64,000 nucleotides of DNA from a virus (Duplodnaviria; Caudoviricetes), in IMG/VR virus record IMGVR_UViG_3300029305_003710, positions 1-64,000 of that record; one strand, written 5' to 3'. This document shows, piece by piece, positions 26,305 through 35,348 of this stretch. The notes under the pieces were generated by a model that made no database searches, was not told the origin of the DNA, and saw only the letters and a list, made by a program, of their open reading frames with translations. Numbering within the stretch: the stretch's first letter is position 1; each line of letters begins with the position of its first letter. Made by a program: the position numbers and the translations under genes.

Positions 26305-26634
26305 ATGATTTACGAAGAGGTAGCCGAGCAGATTTATGACGACCTACAACACAACCGAATTACTACCTATGAGGAGTATAAGGAGAGGTTAGATAAGGAA
26401 AAAGGTGGGGCGGTGATAAACGAAATACTACACAACAGGTGGAGTTTTGGCTTCTGCGATATGTGCGGGGAATACATTAACTATGATGATGATGTCTGGT
26501 ATAATGTTTGCTTAGCAGAACCCGAAGAACGAGAAGTGCTAGAAGAAACGCTACCTGTCTATCAAAAGAAAGTCGGACACGAGATACAAGATGTTTGTTC
26601 TCTGTGTTGGCATAAGTTATTGGGAAAGAAATGA
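26305..26634 (+). CDS. Hypothetical Zn-binding protein
   Basis: CDMC...CSLC. Confidence 0.6.
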   Translation: MIYEEVAEQIYDDLQHNRITTYEEYKERLDKEKGGAVINEILHNRWSFGFCDMCGEYINYDDDVWYNVCLAEPEEREVLEETLPVYQKKVGHEIQDVCSLCWHKLLGKK

Positions 26635-26816
26635 AAGTTGTTTTAGAGTTTGAGGGGACAGATTTAGAAAGTTTGAAGAACTTTGAGCGCGCCCTTTGTG
26701 CGAAAGATGAGAACTTTGAACTGATTGACAGCATACTTTGGGAGTTGGATTACGGCGAGGGGGAGAGCATCCACCGAACCCCGTTCGGGGACATAACAAT
26801 TAGACAGCAAACGTAA
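26631..26816 (+). CDS. Hypothetical protein
   Basis: ATGA overlap. Confidence 0.55.
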   Translation: MKVVLEFEGTDLESLKNFERALCAKDENFELIDSILWELDYGEGESIHRTPFGDITIRQQT

Positions 26817-26834
26817 AAGGAGAAAATATAGATT

Positions 26835-27074
26835 ATGAGATACGCAATTACAATACAAAATGGGGACGATTTTAATTCCGTCAATACCCTGATAGTAGAG
26901 GACAGGCTGGCAGAGGGGGAAGTGTCAGAGAAAAGTTGGCGGGACGGAGGCGAGGAACTGATAGATATTATACGAGAGTGCGGTTATCCCGAGCGAGAAG
27001 CCAAGAATATTGTAGAACACAGACTATACTTTATCGTTAACTGCGATGACATAGATTATTATCCGCTATCTTGA
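26835..27074 (+). CDS. Hypothetical protein
   Basis: 79-aa ORF. Confidence 0.55.
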   Translation: MRYAITIQNGDDFNSVNTLIVEDRLAEGEVSEKSWRDGGEELIDIIRECGYPEREAKNIVEHRLYFIVNCDDIDYYPLS

Positions 27075-27207
27075 AAAACAGGGGGAGGTTTGGTATATTT
27101 AAGGAAACTAACAAGGAGGCATTATCGGTAGGTATTATAATAGTCAACATTTTGGGGGGAAATTTTCGTTCGGGGTTCAAGATTCGACTGACCCAGAGAT
27201 TTTTGGT

Positions 27208-27633
27208 ATGGAAGAAGACCCAACCTCTATTCATTATTATTTAGATGGTTCAGATGAGAATAAGGCGTATTGCAAGAAAGTGCTTGATGAACAATATGAT
27301 ATAGTAGGCTTCCCAAAGGAAAAGCGGGTCTATCATATTAATAATGAAAAGGAACTTGACCCTGTTTATAATGAGAACTCAAAACATATTTATAAAATAG
27401 TCAAACGAGCTGAAACCAACGAGATTATTGGCTACGGCGGTGAGAAAAACTGGTGGAAAGCATTTGCTCCGAAGGAACTACTTAATTTGACTGATGAGGA
27501 ATTTGATAAGGAATATAAAGTTATTCCTGAATCGAATGAAAAGGTTTTGGCTGCTGCGAGAATTATCTTAGGAATTAAGATTCTTTCAGAATTAGAGCTA
27601 GATGGATATTGCGACTTGGATGCCGAATTGTAA
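27208..27633 (+). CDS. Hypothetical protein
   Basis: 141-aa ORF. Confidence 0.6.
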   Translation: MEEDPTSIHYYLDGSDENKAYCKKVLDEQYDIVGFPKEKRVYHINNEKELDPVYNENSKHIYKIVKRAETNEIIGYGGEKNWWKAFAPKELLNLTDEEFDKEYKVIPESNEKVLAAARIILGIKILSELELDGYCDLDAEL

Positions 27634-27800
27634 AATGCTCTAGAAGGCCTCTAAATTGCGTTCTAAGACGCCTTCAGTGTCGGAGACGATAACTGGAGCG
27701 TCTTTTTTGAAAAATCGCTCAGAATGCGAAATAAGCCCTTTTTAGAGCAATTAGGAAAAATATACTTGATTAAGTTCGTTTTTTGTTATATAATTAGGTT

Positions 27801-28937
27801 ATGATTAGGAAAGTAACAAGTCAAGTATTCAATGATACTAAGAGATTAATAGCTTCATATTCTAGTTTTAGCAGTGTAGCTAGAGTTACAGGGTTGAGTG
27901 CATCGACGGTGGGGTTAATTAATCAATGTTCTTTGTATGAAGACTATCTAGCCCTGGTGAAGGATAGAAATGAAAAAGCCGATAATAAATTAAAAGCGAT
28001 GAACCTTCGGATGTTGAGTGGAGAACCTTTGTTTTGGAAGATTCATTCCGAATGTAGAGGATTCTCCGTCCCGAGTATTAGCATATGGAGCGGTATCTCT
28101 AAAGAAGAAATCAGAAAAATGCGTCGGGCATCAAGTTACGCAGAATATCTAAGAAGCAACGATAATTATACACGGCAAAAGCCTGAAAGAACAACGGTTT
28201 CTGAGAAAGATTTTAAGGAAATTAGATTCTTTCTCCAAGATGGTTATTCAGATAAAGAAATTATCGAATTATTTGGGTGTGCAGAGAGCGTATTGGATGA
28301 GGTTAAAAAGTACTCGACTTGGGAAGAATATCAAAACGCCAAACAAAAGCATCATAATAAGTGTGTTTGGATTAATGATGGCCTCAAACAGATAATTGAA
28401 GATGGTATTAATCAAGGTCTTTCGAATTCGCAGATAGCGGCAGAAACAGGAGTTGGCTTTGCTTCGGTAACTAGAATCAGAAAAGGCACACATAGAGGAA
28501 ACCCAAATCTTATTACTGAAAAAACTTATAATGCCCTGAAAAAAAATCCGTCCATAATTACAAGAAAAACTCTTGCGGAGAAAATATCTCAAAGCAAAAA
28601 TTATAAAGAGTTTAGCTTGATGTATTACGCTGGCAAGAAAAAGGTTAGTTGGGAGACAGAAGAGGAAATCCCAGAAACAGAAATTCAAGAGAAGATTGAA
28701 GAGGTTTCTAAAGAAAGTATAGAACCAGTTAAGATAGAGGAGAAACCTATGAAGCCAATGAGAGAAGTTGAGGATAAGATAAAGATAGAAGATACGTTTC
28801 CTTCCCGAACCTCAGTTTCTTCAAAAGATATAAGCACGAATCAACTGCTTAAATACAAATATCGCGGGATTTTTATATTGACTGGAGAGCTTATTACGGG
28901 ATTAATTGGGTTAGGACTTATTGCTCTCCTAAAATAA
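27801..28937 (+). CDS. Multi-HTH protein with C-terminal membrane anchor
   Basis: Repeated HTH-like segments (SSVARVTGLSASTV; SNSQIAAETGVGFASVTRI); hydrophobic C-terminus. Confidence 0.65.
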   Translation: MIRKVTSQVFNDTKRLIASYSSFSSVARVTGLSASTVGLINQCSLYEDYLALVKDRNEKADNKLKAMNLRMLSGEPLFWKIHSECRGFSVPSISIWSGISKEEIRKMRRASSYAEYLRSNDNYTRQKPERTTVSEKDFKEIRFFLQDGYSDKEIIELFGCAESVLDEVKKYSTWEEYQNAKQKHHNKCVWINDGLKQIIEDGINQGLSNSQIAAETGVGFASVTRIRKGTHRGNPNLITEKTYNALKKNPSIITRKTLAEKISQSKNYKEFSLMYYAGKKKVSWETEEEIPETEIQEKIEEVSKESIEPVKIEEKPMKPMREVEDKIKIEDTFPSRTSVSSKDISTNQLLKYKYRGIFILTGELITGLIGLGLIALLK

Positions 28938-29088
28938 AGAGATATCATACTAGACTAGCTCGGGAAAATGTGTTACAATATTCAAGAAAGGATTTTATGA
29001 AAGACAAAGAAGAAAAAAATACTATCAAAACCGATAGAATGTATATGCCAAGAATCACTACCAACGACTGCTAAAGAAAGAAGATTAT

Positions 29089-29700
29089 ATGGCAATTTTG
29101 GTCGCGGAGAATTGTGAAGGGATTACTCTTCCAGACCCGTTTTATTTTGGTTTCGCCGAAGACAACAAATCTCTGCTCGTAGGGTTTAGGCTAGACAAAA
29201 AAGCCAAGTATGAACGTAGCACTGGTGCTCCTTATTCCTTTGTGAGACTTCTGAAAAGGTTAGCTGACGAGCCAGACGTTGTCCGAATCGTCTATGGAGA
29301 AAATATTTATATCATACCGTTTGAGGGCGATGAGCAGAATCTCCTAAAAGGCGTAGCCTTTGAGGATGATATACTCTATATGGCCTTCGGGAACACAGAA
29401 CGGCTTAAACAACTTCTCTTAGACGAGGAAGGTCTTGACCCCGACAAGGTTGAGGGCTTCTCGGTCGCTATCGACCAAATTGGGTGCAAATGCTCACCCC
29501 AAATTATTAATAGCGGAGAGATTGCGAGCGAAGACTGCCAAAAAAACGCAGACAGAGAAATCGAGGCTTTAACAACCATCGCACAGATTCTTGCCACTCA
29601 CTACTCGCTTATAGACCGTCCTAGAGGTGGTTGGGAAGCATTAGGTGGTAATCCTTACGACAAGATTATTAAAGAATATGAGGAATTACTCCGTGGATAA
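29089..29700 (+). CDS. Hypothetical protein
   Basis: 203-aa ORF. Confidence 0.65.
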   Translation: MAILVAENCEGITLPDPFYFGFAEDNKSLLVGFRLDKKAKYERSTGAPYSFVRLLKRLADEPDVVRIVYGENIYIIPFEGDEQNLLKGVAFEDDILYMAFGNTERLKQLLLDEEGLDPDKVEGFSVAIDQIGCKCSPQIINSGEIASEDCQKNADREIEALTTIAQILATHYSLIDRPRGGWEALGGNPYDKIIKEYEELLRG

Positions 29701-30049
29701 CTTAGAATTTTATATCCCGCTTTATAATCAAGGGAAACTAGAATTTTATAATATTTTCAGGCATTCGGGAGTAAGGTGGGGACTTTCTATGTATCGGACA
29801 GGGAAATTTGATAAGGTATACCCTGATGGAGAAGGAGATAGGTGTCTGTATGTTTTTGGTGACTTCTGGGCTCGCACGGAATATGAAATGATAATTTCTG
29901 AATGGGGAGGAGACGCCTCAAGAAAAGTAGATATGTTTGAGCTCTGTATCAAGCCTAATGAAAAACTCTTATTTGAAATGATTGAGTCTGTTCCCTTGGA
30001 AGAGTGTGAGAAGTTTTTGACAGAATGGTATCGTAAGCGACGAAAGTAG
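29678..30049 (+). CDS. Hypothetical phage protein
   Basis: YVFGDFWARTEYEMIISEW...KVDMFE. Confidence 0.65.
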   Translation: MRNYSVDNLEFYIPLYNQGKLEFYNIFRHSGVRWGLSMYRTGKFDKVYPDGEGDRCLYVFGDFWARTEYEMIISEWGGDASRKVDMFELCIKPNEKLLFEMIESVPLEECEKFLTEWYRKRRK

Positions 30050-30114
30050 GGCGATAAATAGCAAGAAGCGACCTGTACTGGGGTCGTTTTTTGTGAGTTT
30101 GATATAAAAGAGGT

Positions 30115-30603
30115 ATGACTTATGAAGAAAGAGAAGCTGAAAGGCAAAAGATATTAGAAAAAAAGGCGAGAGGAGAAAAATTAACCCTAGATGAAACCCG
30201 TCTCGCTAACATGAACATGATAAAACCAGGTGAGGTTAGAAATCCTAAAGGGCGTGGGAAAGGAGTTAAAAGCTGGTCAACTCACTTCAAAAGGTTGATG
30301 GGAGATGAAAAACTACTCAAAAGTATTATCTCTAATAAGCCGAGTGCATGGGAAGGGATTGTCGATGAAATTCCTGCGGATGTTATTGCGGCGGGGCTGA
30401 TTGCCGTCGTTACAAGGGATGTGGCTAAAGCCGTCGCTGAAGGTAAGTCGATTGATAAGAACACCCTACGGGCAATAGATATTCTGAATAAATTAGGTTG
30501 GGGGGAGAAGAATATCCTTTCCGTTGATGAAGAACAAGGCTTCTTCGAGAAACCAGTTATCAATTTCATAGTGAAGCCGCCTAGGAAAGAGCCGGAATCC
30601 TGA
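30115..30603 (+). CDS. terS: Terminase small subunit
   Basis: KPGEVRNPKGRGKG motif; directly upstream of terL. Confidence 0.75.
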   Translation: MTYEEREAERQKILEKKARGEKLTLDETRLANMNMIKPGEVRNPKGRGKGVKSWSTHFKRLMGDEKLLKSIISNKPSAWEGIVDEIPADVIAAGLIAVVTRDVAKAVAEGKSIDKNTLRAIDILNKLGWGEKNILSVDEEQGFFEKPVINFIVKPPRKEPES

Positions 30604-30604
30604 T

Positions 30605-33001
30605 ATGGAGATTAGCGAAAAGCAAAAACAAGCGTATGAGCTTGCATTGAATCCGCAAATTACAGAACTCCTTTTAGGGGGAAGCGCAGGCGGAAGTAAG
30701 AGCTGGACAGTTTGTCAGATAGGCGTTTTGATAGCGAAGATGTATCCTGGTGTAAGAATCTTTGTCGGTAGGAAAACTCTTAAAAGTCTAAAACAATCTA
30801 CTATAGCTACGTTAGTGAATAAGGTTCATCCTGCATTGGGGCTTACTTATGATGATTATCGGCTAAGATTCTCCGATATGGAATTAGAATATAAGAATGG
30901 GTCTAAGATTATTTTTGGAGAATTGGACTATATCCCTTCGGATGAAGATTATTCGCGTTGGGGGTCGATGGAGTGCGATTTTGGGATAATTGAAGAGGCT
31001 GGCGAGATAGCGAAACAGGGGTTTAGTGTTATTAAATCTAGAACAGGACGTGGCATATTGGCTAAAGAATATGGGATTCCGGGGTTTGTGATTTTGACTT
31101 GTAATCCAAGTCAGAACTTTCTCAAAACCGAGTTTTATGACCCTTATGAAAAACTTGGCGGTGGAGGATTCCAAAAGTGGGAGATAGGCGAGATTACGCT
31201 GGATGAAGGCAAAGTAACTGAGAGAAAGGTTCCTGCATATAGGGCTTTTTTGAGAATGGGGGCATATGATAATCCCTTTCTCCCGAAAAGTTATATAGAT
31301 AACCTGAAGGTTTTGCCCGACCGTGAAAGAAAGAGGTTACTGGAGGGGAATTGGAATTATGCCGATGATGATAATATGTTATTTAAGTCTGGACTACTTG
31401 ATAAAGCAACAATCTATGAGTCACCCGTAGGAGAGAAGTTTAACTCCTATATTGGGTGTTTCGATGAAACGACGGAGGTCTTGACCGATGAAGGCTTTAA
31501 GAAGTTTAGAGATTTGAAGGGTAATGAACGCGTTTTAGCAAGAAGACCCAACGGGGTGTCTGAATATATCCCCTATGATAATTACATTGAGTATGACTAT
31601 GCAGGTGAAATGTATGAGATTGAACGACAAGGGGCAAGTGTTTTTGTAACACCTAACCATAAAATGTTGTGTGCCCCCGCTAAAGGGGAGACGGAGCTTC
31701 GAGAAATCCAAGAGATAACTGATAAGGAGTGGCGCATTATTCGTCAGCATGAGTTCCGTCAAGGATTATTTCAAGATGAGTTTCCATTTGAACTGGGCTA
31801 TAATAAAAAAGATTTCTTTGCCTTTTTGGGGTGGTTCATCTCGGAGGGATGTGTTTGTGGGCTAGCGAGCGTGAATATCACACAACGCGATGTAAAGAAA
31901 AAGGACGCGATTCGCGCTCTGTTGACTAAAATGAGGATTAGATTTTCTGAAAGTGAGCAAAACTTTAACATAAGCAATAGGAAGCTGGCGTCCTGGCTTC
32001 TCGAACATGTCAAAAAATACGCCCACAATAAAGAAATCCCCCGCCTCGTGACTTACTGTAGTAATTGGAGTTATGTAGAGGCCTTTCTCGACGCGTATTG
32101 CGATGGTGACGGGATGAGAAGAAAAGGGCAACGACTTTGTTATGTGTCGTCGTCTAAAAAGATTATGGATAGTTTACAGATTATTCTGTCGCACTTTAAT
32201 CGGCAAGGCCGTATATCGTTGAAAGAGAAGGCGGGGTCTGAAACTATTATCGAGGGAAGAAAAGTGGTTAGATTGCATGATGTTTATATATTATATGAAC
32301 GTTGGCAGGATAGTGATGTTTGGGTAAAAAATTATAAGGCGGAGCAAAAAGATTTTAACGGGAAGGTGTATTGCGTAGCAAATCGTTATCATACAATTTT
32401 TGTGCGCCGGAACGGAGTGTGTTACTGGATTGGGAACTGCGATGTAGCCGACAAGGGAAAAGACTTGACTTGCTTTACCTTGATAAAAGATGGGGTAGTG
32501 GTTACTCAAAAGATTGCGGGAGCAAGTATTGATAATAATTTTAATCAACCTATTGGCAGGATTTTAGCCGATGAGTTAGTGGAGTTCGCTCAAAAGAATG
32601 GTTTTACCTCGAAAGAAGCTCGAAATATCGCTATTGAATGCAATGGGGTAGGTAGCTCCATCCGAGATATGATGAAATTGAGAGGGTGGTATTTTACGGA
32701 ATATACCGCTACTCATAAAAGTAGAAGTGAAAATTACTATCAGTTAATGTTAGATATGGACTCAGGGGATATTAAATTGTATCATGAAATGCTAGGGTTA
32801 GAGGATTTGAAAAAAGAGCTTTCGGCACACACTTACGAGATGAATCTCCAAGTACCTGATATATGCAAAAAGGAGAAGATTAAACAAGCTTTAGGTCATT
32901 CCCCAGATAGGTCGGACTCTCTTACGATTGCTAATTGGTGTCGGCATCAAAATACAGACAAACGTGGGGAACATTACAACTCTTCCAGAATAATTTTTTA
33001 A
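30605..33001 (+). CDS. terL: Terminase large subunit with intein
   Basis: GGSAGGSKS, IEEAGE, TCNPS, DNPFL, IG|CDVA, IECNGVG, SPDRSDSL. Confidence 0.95.
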   Translation: MEISEKQKQAYELALNPQITELLLGGSAGGSKSWTVCQIGVLIAKMYPGVRIFVGRKTLKSLKQSTIATLVNKVHPALGLTYDDYRLRFSDMELEYKNGSKIIFGELDYIPSDEDYSRWGSMECDFGIIEEAGEIAKQGFSVIKSRTGRGILAKEYGIPGFVILTCNPSQNFLKTEFYDPYEKLGGGGFQKWEIGEITLDEGKVTERKVPAYRAFLRMGAYDNPFLPKSYIDNLKVLPDRERKRLLEGNWNYADDDNMLFKSGLLDKATIYESPVGEKFNSYIGCFDETTEVLTDEGFKKFRDLKGNERVLARRPNGVSEYIPYDNYIEYDYAGEMYEIERQGASVFVTPNHKMLCAPAKGETELREIQEITDKEWRIIRQHEFRQGLFQDEFPFELGYNKKDFFAFLGWFISEGCVCGLASVNITQRDVKKKDAIRALLTKMRIRFSESEQNFNISNRKLASWLLEHVKKYAHNKEIPRLVTYCSNWSYVEAFLDAYCDGDGMRRKGQRLCYVSSSKKIMDSLQIILSHFNRQGRISLKEKAGSETIIEGRKVVRLHDVYILYERWQDSDVWVKNYKAEQKDFNGKVYCVANRYHTIFVRRNGVCYWIGNCDVADKGKDLTCFTLIKDGVVVTQKIAGASIDNNFNQPIGRILADELVEFAQKNGFTSKEARNIAIECNGVGSSIRDMMKLRGWYFTEYTATHKSRSENYYQLMLDMDSGDIKLYHEMLGLEDLKKELSAHTYEMNLQVPDICKKEKIKQALGHSPDRSDSLTIANWCRHQNTDKRGEHYNSSRIIF
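31457..32437 (+). mobile_element. Intein (327 aa, Cys1...Gly-Asn, +1 Cys) with LAGLIDADG endonuclease
   Basis: CFDETTEVLTDEG; VTPNHKM; FLGWFISEG, FLDAYCDGDG; VYCV...WIGN. Confidence 0.92.
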
Positions 33002-33028
33002 AAGAAACCCCCAGAAAGGGGGTCTTTT
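33001..33028. terminator. Bidirectional terminator between convergent genes
   Basis: aaagaaacccc-cagaaa-gggggtctttt. Confidence 0.7.
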
Positions 33029-33491
33029 ATAAAGTACCGTTAAATACAAACTCTCTAGCGTTTCCGTAGTAGGACTTATCTAAGGTTTGGGTATGCTCCC
33101 AACCGTATTTTTTTATCAGTCCTTCAAACATGGGAACTTTGTATTCGGCGATGGTGATAAGCGGTTTAGTAGTCCCAAGAAAGATAAAACCTTCAGAAAG
33201 AAGTCTAGTAGCTAAATGCCTCCCGCGGGCTTCTTCCTTAACAAACAGAGTACAGACCTTTTGTTCGGATTTCTTTAAGATGCAAAGCCCTTCCACGGTC
33301 ATTCCTTCGTAGCAAGCAAGGATTTCTCGTTCTCCAGTAAAGAGTTCAGGAATATACTTAGTATAGAAATGTTTGAAGTGATTGGGATAGTCTTTGGTAA
33401 TCCAATCGGTCAGGGCATAAGTTTGGAAGAAAAGGTCGTTTAAAGAGAGAAAATCTCTTTTCTGGAGCAATTCTTTAGCGGAAACTATCAT
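33027..33491 (-). CDS. GNAT-family acetyltransferase
   Basis: KVCTLFVKEEARGRHLATRLL...KPLITI. Confidence 0.85.
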   Translation of the reverse strand: MIVSAKELLQKRDFLSLNDLFFQTYALTDWITKDYPNHFKHFYTKYIPELFTGEREILACYEGMTVEGLCILKKSEQKVCTLFVKEEARGRHLATRLLSEGFIFLGTTKPLITIAEYKVPMFEGLIKKYGWEHTQTLDKSYYGNAREFVFNGTL

Positions 33492-33576
33492 GCTATCGCC
33501 TCCTATTAATGTACAATTTTCTTAATTATAATGCGAAAGGCTTGAAAAATCAAGGATTTTGTTATATAATAAGGTT

Positions 33577-33930
33577 ATGAGTAAACAATTTCATCAAATG
33601 GGGTTGCAATCCATCTATTTCAATTTTATGAAGAATGGAACTAAAAGGATTGAGCTCCGACTAAACGATTCAAAGCGTCAACAGATTAATATTGGCGACG
33701 AAATACATTTTGTTTGCGGGACTCAATTTCTTCTCGCCAAAGTTAAAGGCAAAATTTATTTTGATACTTTTAAAGACTTGTTCGACTTCCTAGGGCACGA
33801 TATGACTTTAGTGGCTAGTAAGGACACTTCGGAAGAGGAGATGCTTCGAGTGATGGAGAAATTCTACCCACTTGAAAAACAACATCAACTAGGTGTAGTC
33901 GGATTGGTCATTGAGCCAAAGCTTGATTAA
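33577..33930 (+). CDS. ASCH/PUA domain protein
   Basis: MKNGTKRIELRLNDSKRQQINIGDEIHF. Confidence 0.88.
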   Translation: MSKQFHQMGLQSIYFNFMKNGTKRIELRLNDSKRQQINIGDEIHFVCGTQFLLAKVKGKIYFDTFKDLFDFLGHDMTLVASKDTSEEEMLRVMEKFYPLEKQHQLGVVGLVIEPKLD

Positions 33931-33969
33931 CCCGATAAAATATAAGAAAATAGTACCGAAAGGATTATC

Positions 33970-34194
33970 ATGGCAAAAAAAGAAGATATCATCACTCAAC
34001 TTATTGACGAAACCAAGGAACGTCTCAAAGACGAGAAAATGGTTGGTCTGGTAGCAGGGGCTATTGTAGGCTATATGCTCCGCGACAAACTTGAAAATAA
34101 TTCTGAACTCCGTAACACAATCCTAGGGGCTGTTGGCGGCGAAACTGTCGCTCGCCTGCTCGGAGACGGGAGAACTTCTGATGACGGCAAATAA
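33970..34194 (+). CDS. Small membrane-associated protein
   Basis: LVAGAIVGYML, ILGAVGG. Confidence 0.6.
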   Translation: MAKKEDIITQLIDETKERLKDEKMVGLVAGAIVGYMLRDKLENNSELRNTILGAVGGETVARLLGDGRTSDDGK

Positions 34195-34486
34195 ACAAGA
34201 AGAGCAACGCAAAAGCATGGAAACCCTTGCTGACTTAATTGGCATGGGAGTTAAAGAAGTCTACAAAATGTTCCTGCGCAACGTGGTAGTACAAGGTTTA
34301 ATCTTGTTGGTGATTGCCCTTCTACTAGTCGGAGCTGGCGTACTTATCGCCATGGGTATAGTTGTGCCAATCTGGACTTGGGTATTATGCGGAATCGCTC
34401 TTATCCCGCTAATCTGGGGCGTCTTACTTATTTCCAATCCCGCTTATCATGCTCTTGAGGACATTATTGACAGGATTAAAAAATAA
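34181..34486 (+). CDS. Membrane protein
   Basis: Two TM segments. Confidence 0.6.
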   Translation: MTANKQEEQRKSMETLADLIGMGVKEVYKMFLRNVVVQGLILLVIALLLVGAGVLIAMGIVVPIWTWVLCGIALIPLIWGVLLISNPAYHALEDIIDRIKK

Positions 34487-34758
34487 TGCTCCCTTTCGAG
34501 AACCCTAGCAGAGTTTTTAAAAAGGCTAGGATTAAGCTTGAAAATTTGCTGTTAGCTCCGACCATCAAAAAAGCGAGATTCCAAGGGGAATCCTTAGAAT
34601 ATTACGTTGTTGACCGAAACGGGTATTGGACTTACATACCACCCCAGTATGTGAATAAGCATGGTAAATTCCAGAGATGGAAGTTCATTTATCCCTGGGT
34701 TCTCTGCGCACTCTTTCTGGTAGGAATAGTTTTAATCTTAAAGGTAGTTTGTTTATGA
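34486..34758 (+). CDS. Membrane-anchored hypothetical protein
   Basis: TAATG coupling; C-terminal TM. Confidence 0.6.
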   Translation: MLPFENPSRVFKKARIKLENLLLAPTIKKARFQGESLEYYVVDRNGYWTYIPPQYVNKHGKFQRWKFIYPWVLCALFLVGIVLILKVVCL

Positions 34759-35081
34759 AACGAATCGACAAAAAATTTCCAATCCTCTACGAAAAACGGC
34801 CTCTTGTCGATGGGGCTACCGGTGAGATTATAAGATTCCGTGAGCCTTTCTTTAATGACGACGATTACTATTATGTCGTTAAAACAGAATTGGACGCATA
34901 CAGACATGAGACTATACCCCAAAAGGAGGCAAGAACTTTTAGAGATAAGCAGGGCAATCTTCGTCTTGCTCCAAGGCATCGAGATAATGATATAGAGAAG
35001 CACGCTCTGTTTGTCCTAGGGATTCTATGCCTGATTTTAGGGCTTGCTGGGATTGTCACACTTATCTTGAGGAGTAGATAA
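34755..35081 (+). CDS. Membrane-anchored hypothetical protein
   Basis: ATGA overlap; C-terminal TM. Confidence 0.6.
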   Translation: MKRIDKKFPILYEKRPLVDGATGEIIRFREPFFNDDDYYYVVKTELDAYRHETIPQKEARTFRDKQGNLRLAPRHRDNDIEKHALFVLGILCLILGLAGIVTLILRSR

Positions 35082-35173
35082 TGATAACCCCCACAAAATT
35101 CTTTAGGAAGTATTGGTAAAAGCTTCTAACCATAGTCCTTGTAGCTATAACTTTAGGTTTTGTTATCTGGTAA
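35081..35173 (+). pseudogene. Small TM peptide gene with in-frame TAA (35117-35119)
   Basis: MITPTKFFRKYW*KLLTIVLVAITLGFVIW*. Confidence 0.45.
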
Positions 35174-35348
35174 GCCCCCCTTATCTATCAAGGGTTTAGG
35201 GATATAATTTGGGTTAGGCTACAACTTTTTAGAGAAGCAACGACTAGAACATATCCCTCCTCCAAGCCCCCCATTCGTTAAAGATTGGGGGCTTTTTTGT
35301 GGGGTGATATACTAGAAAGACACTAACATTAACGGGAGCAAAAGTTAA

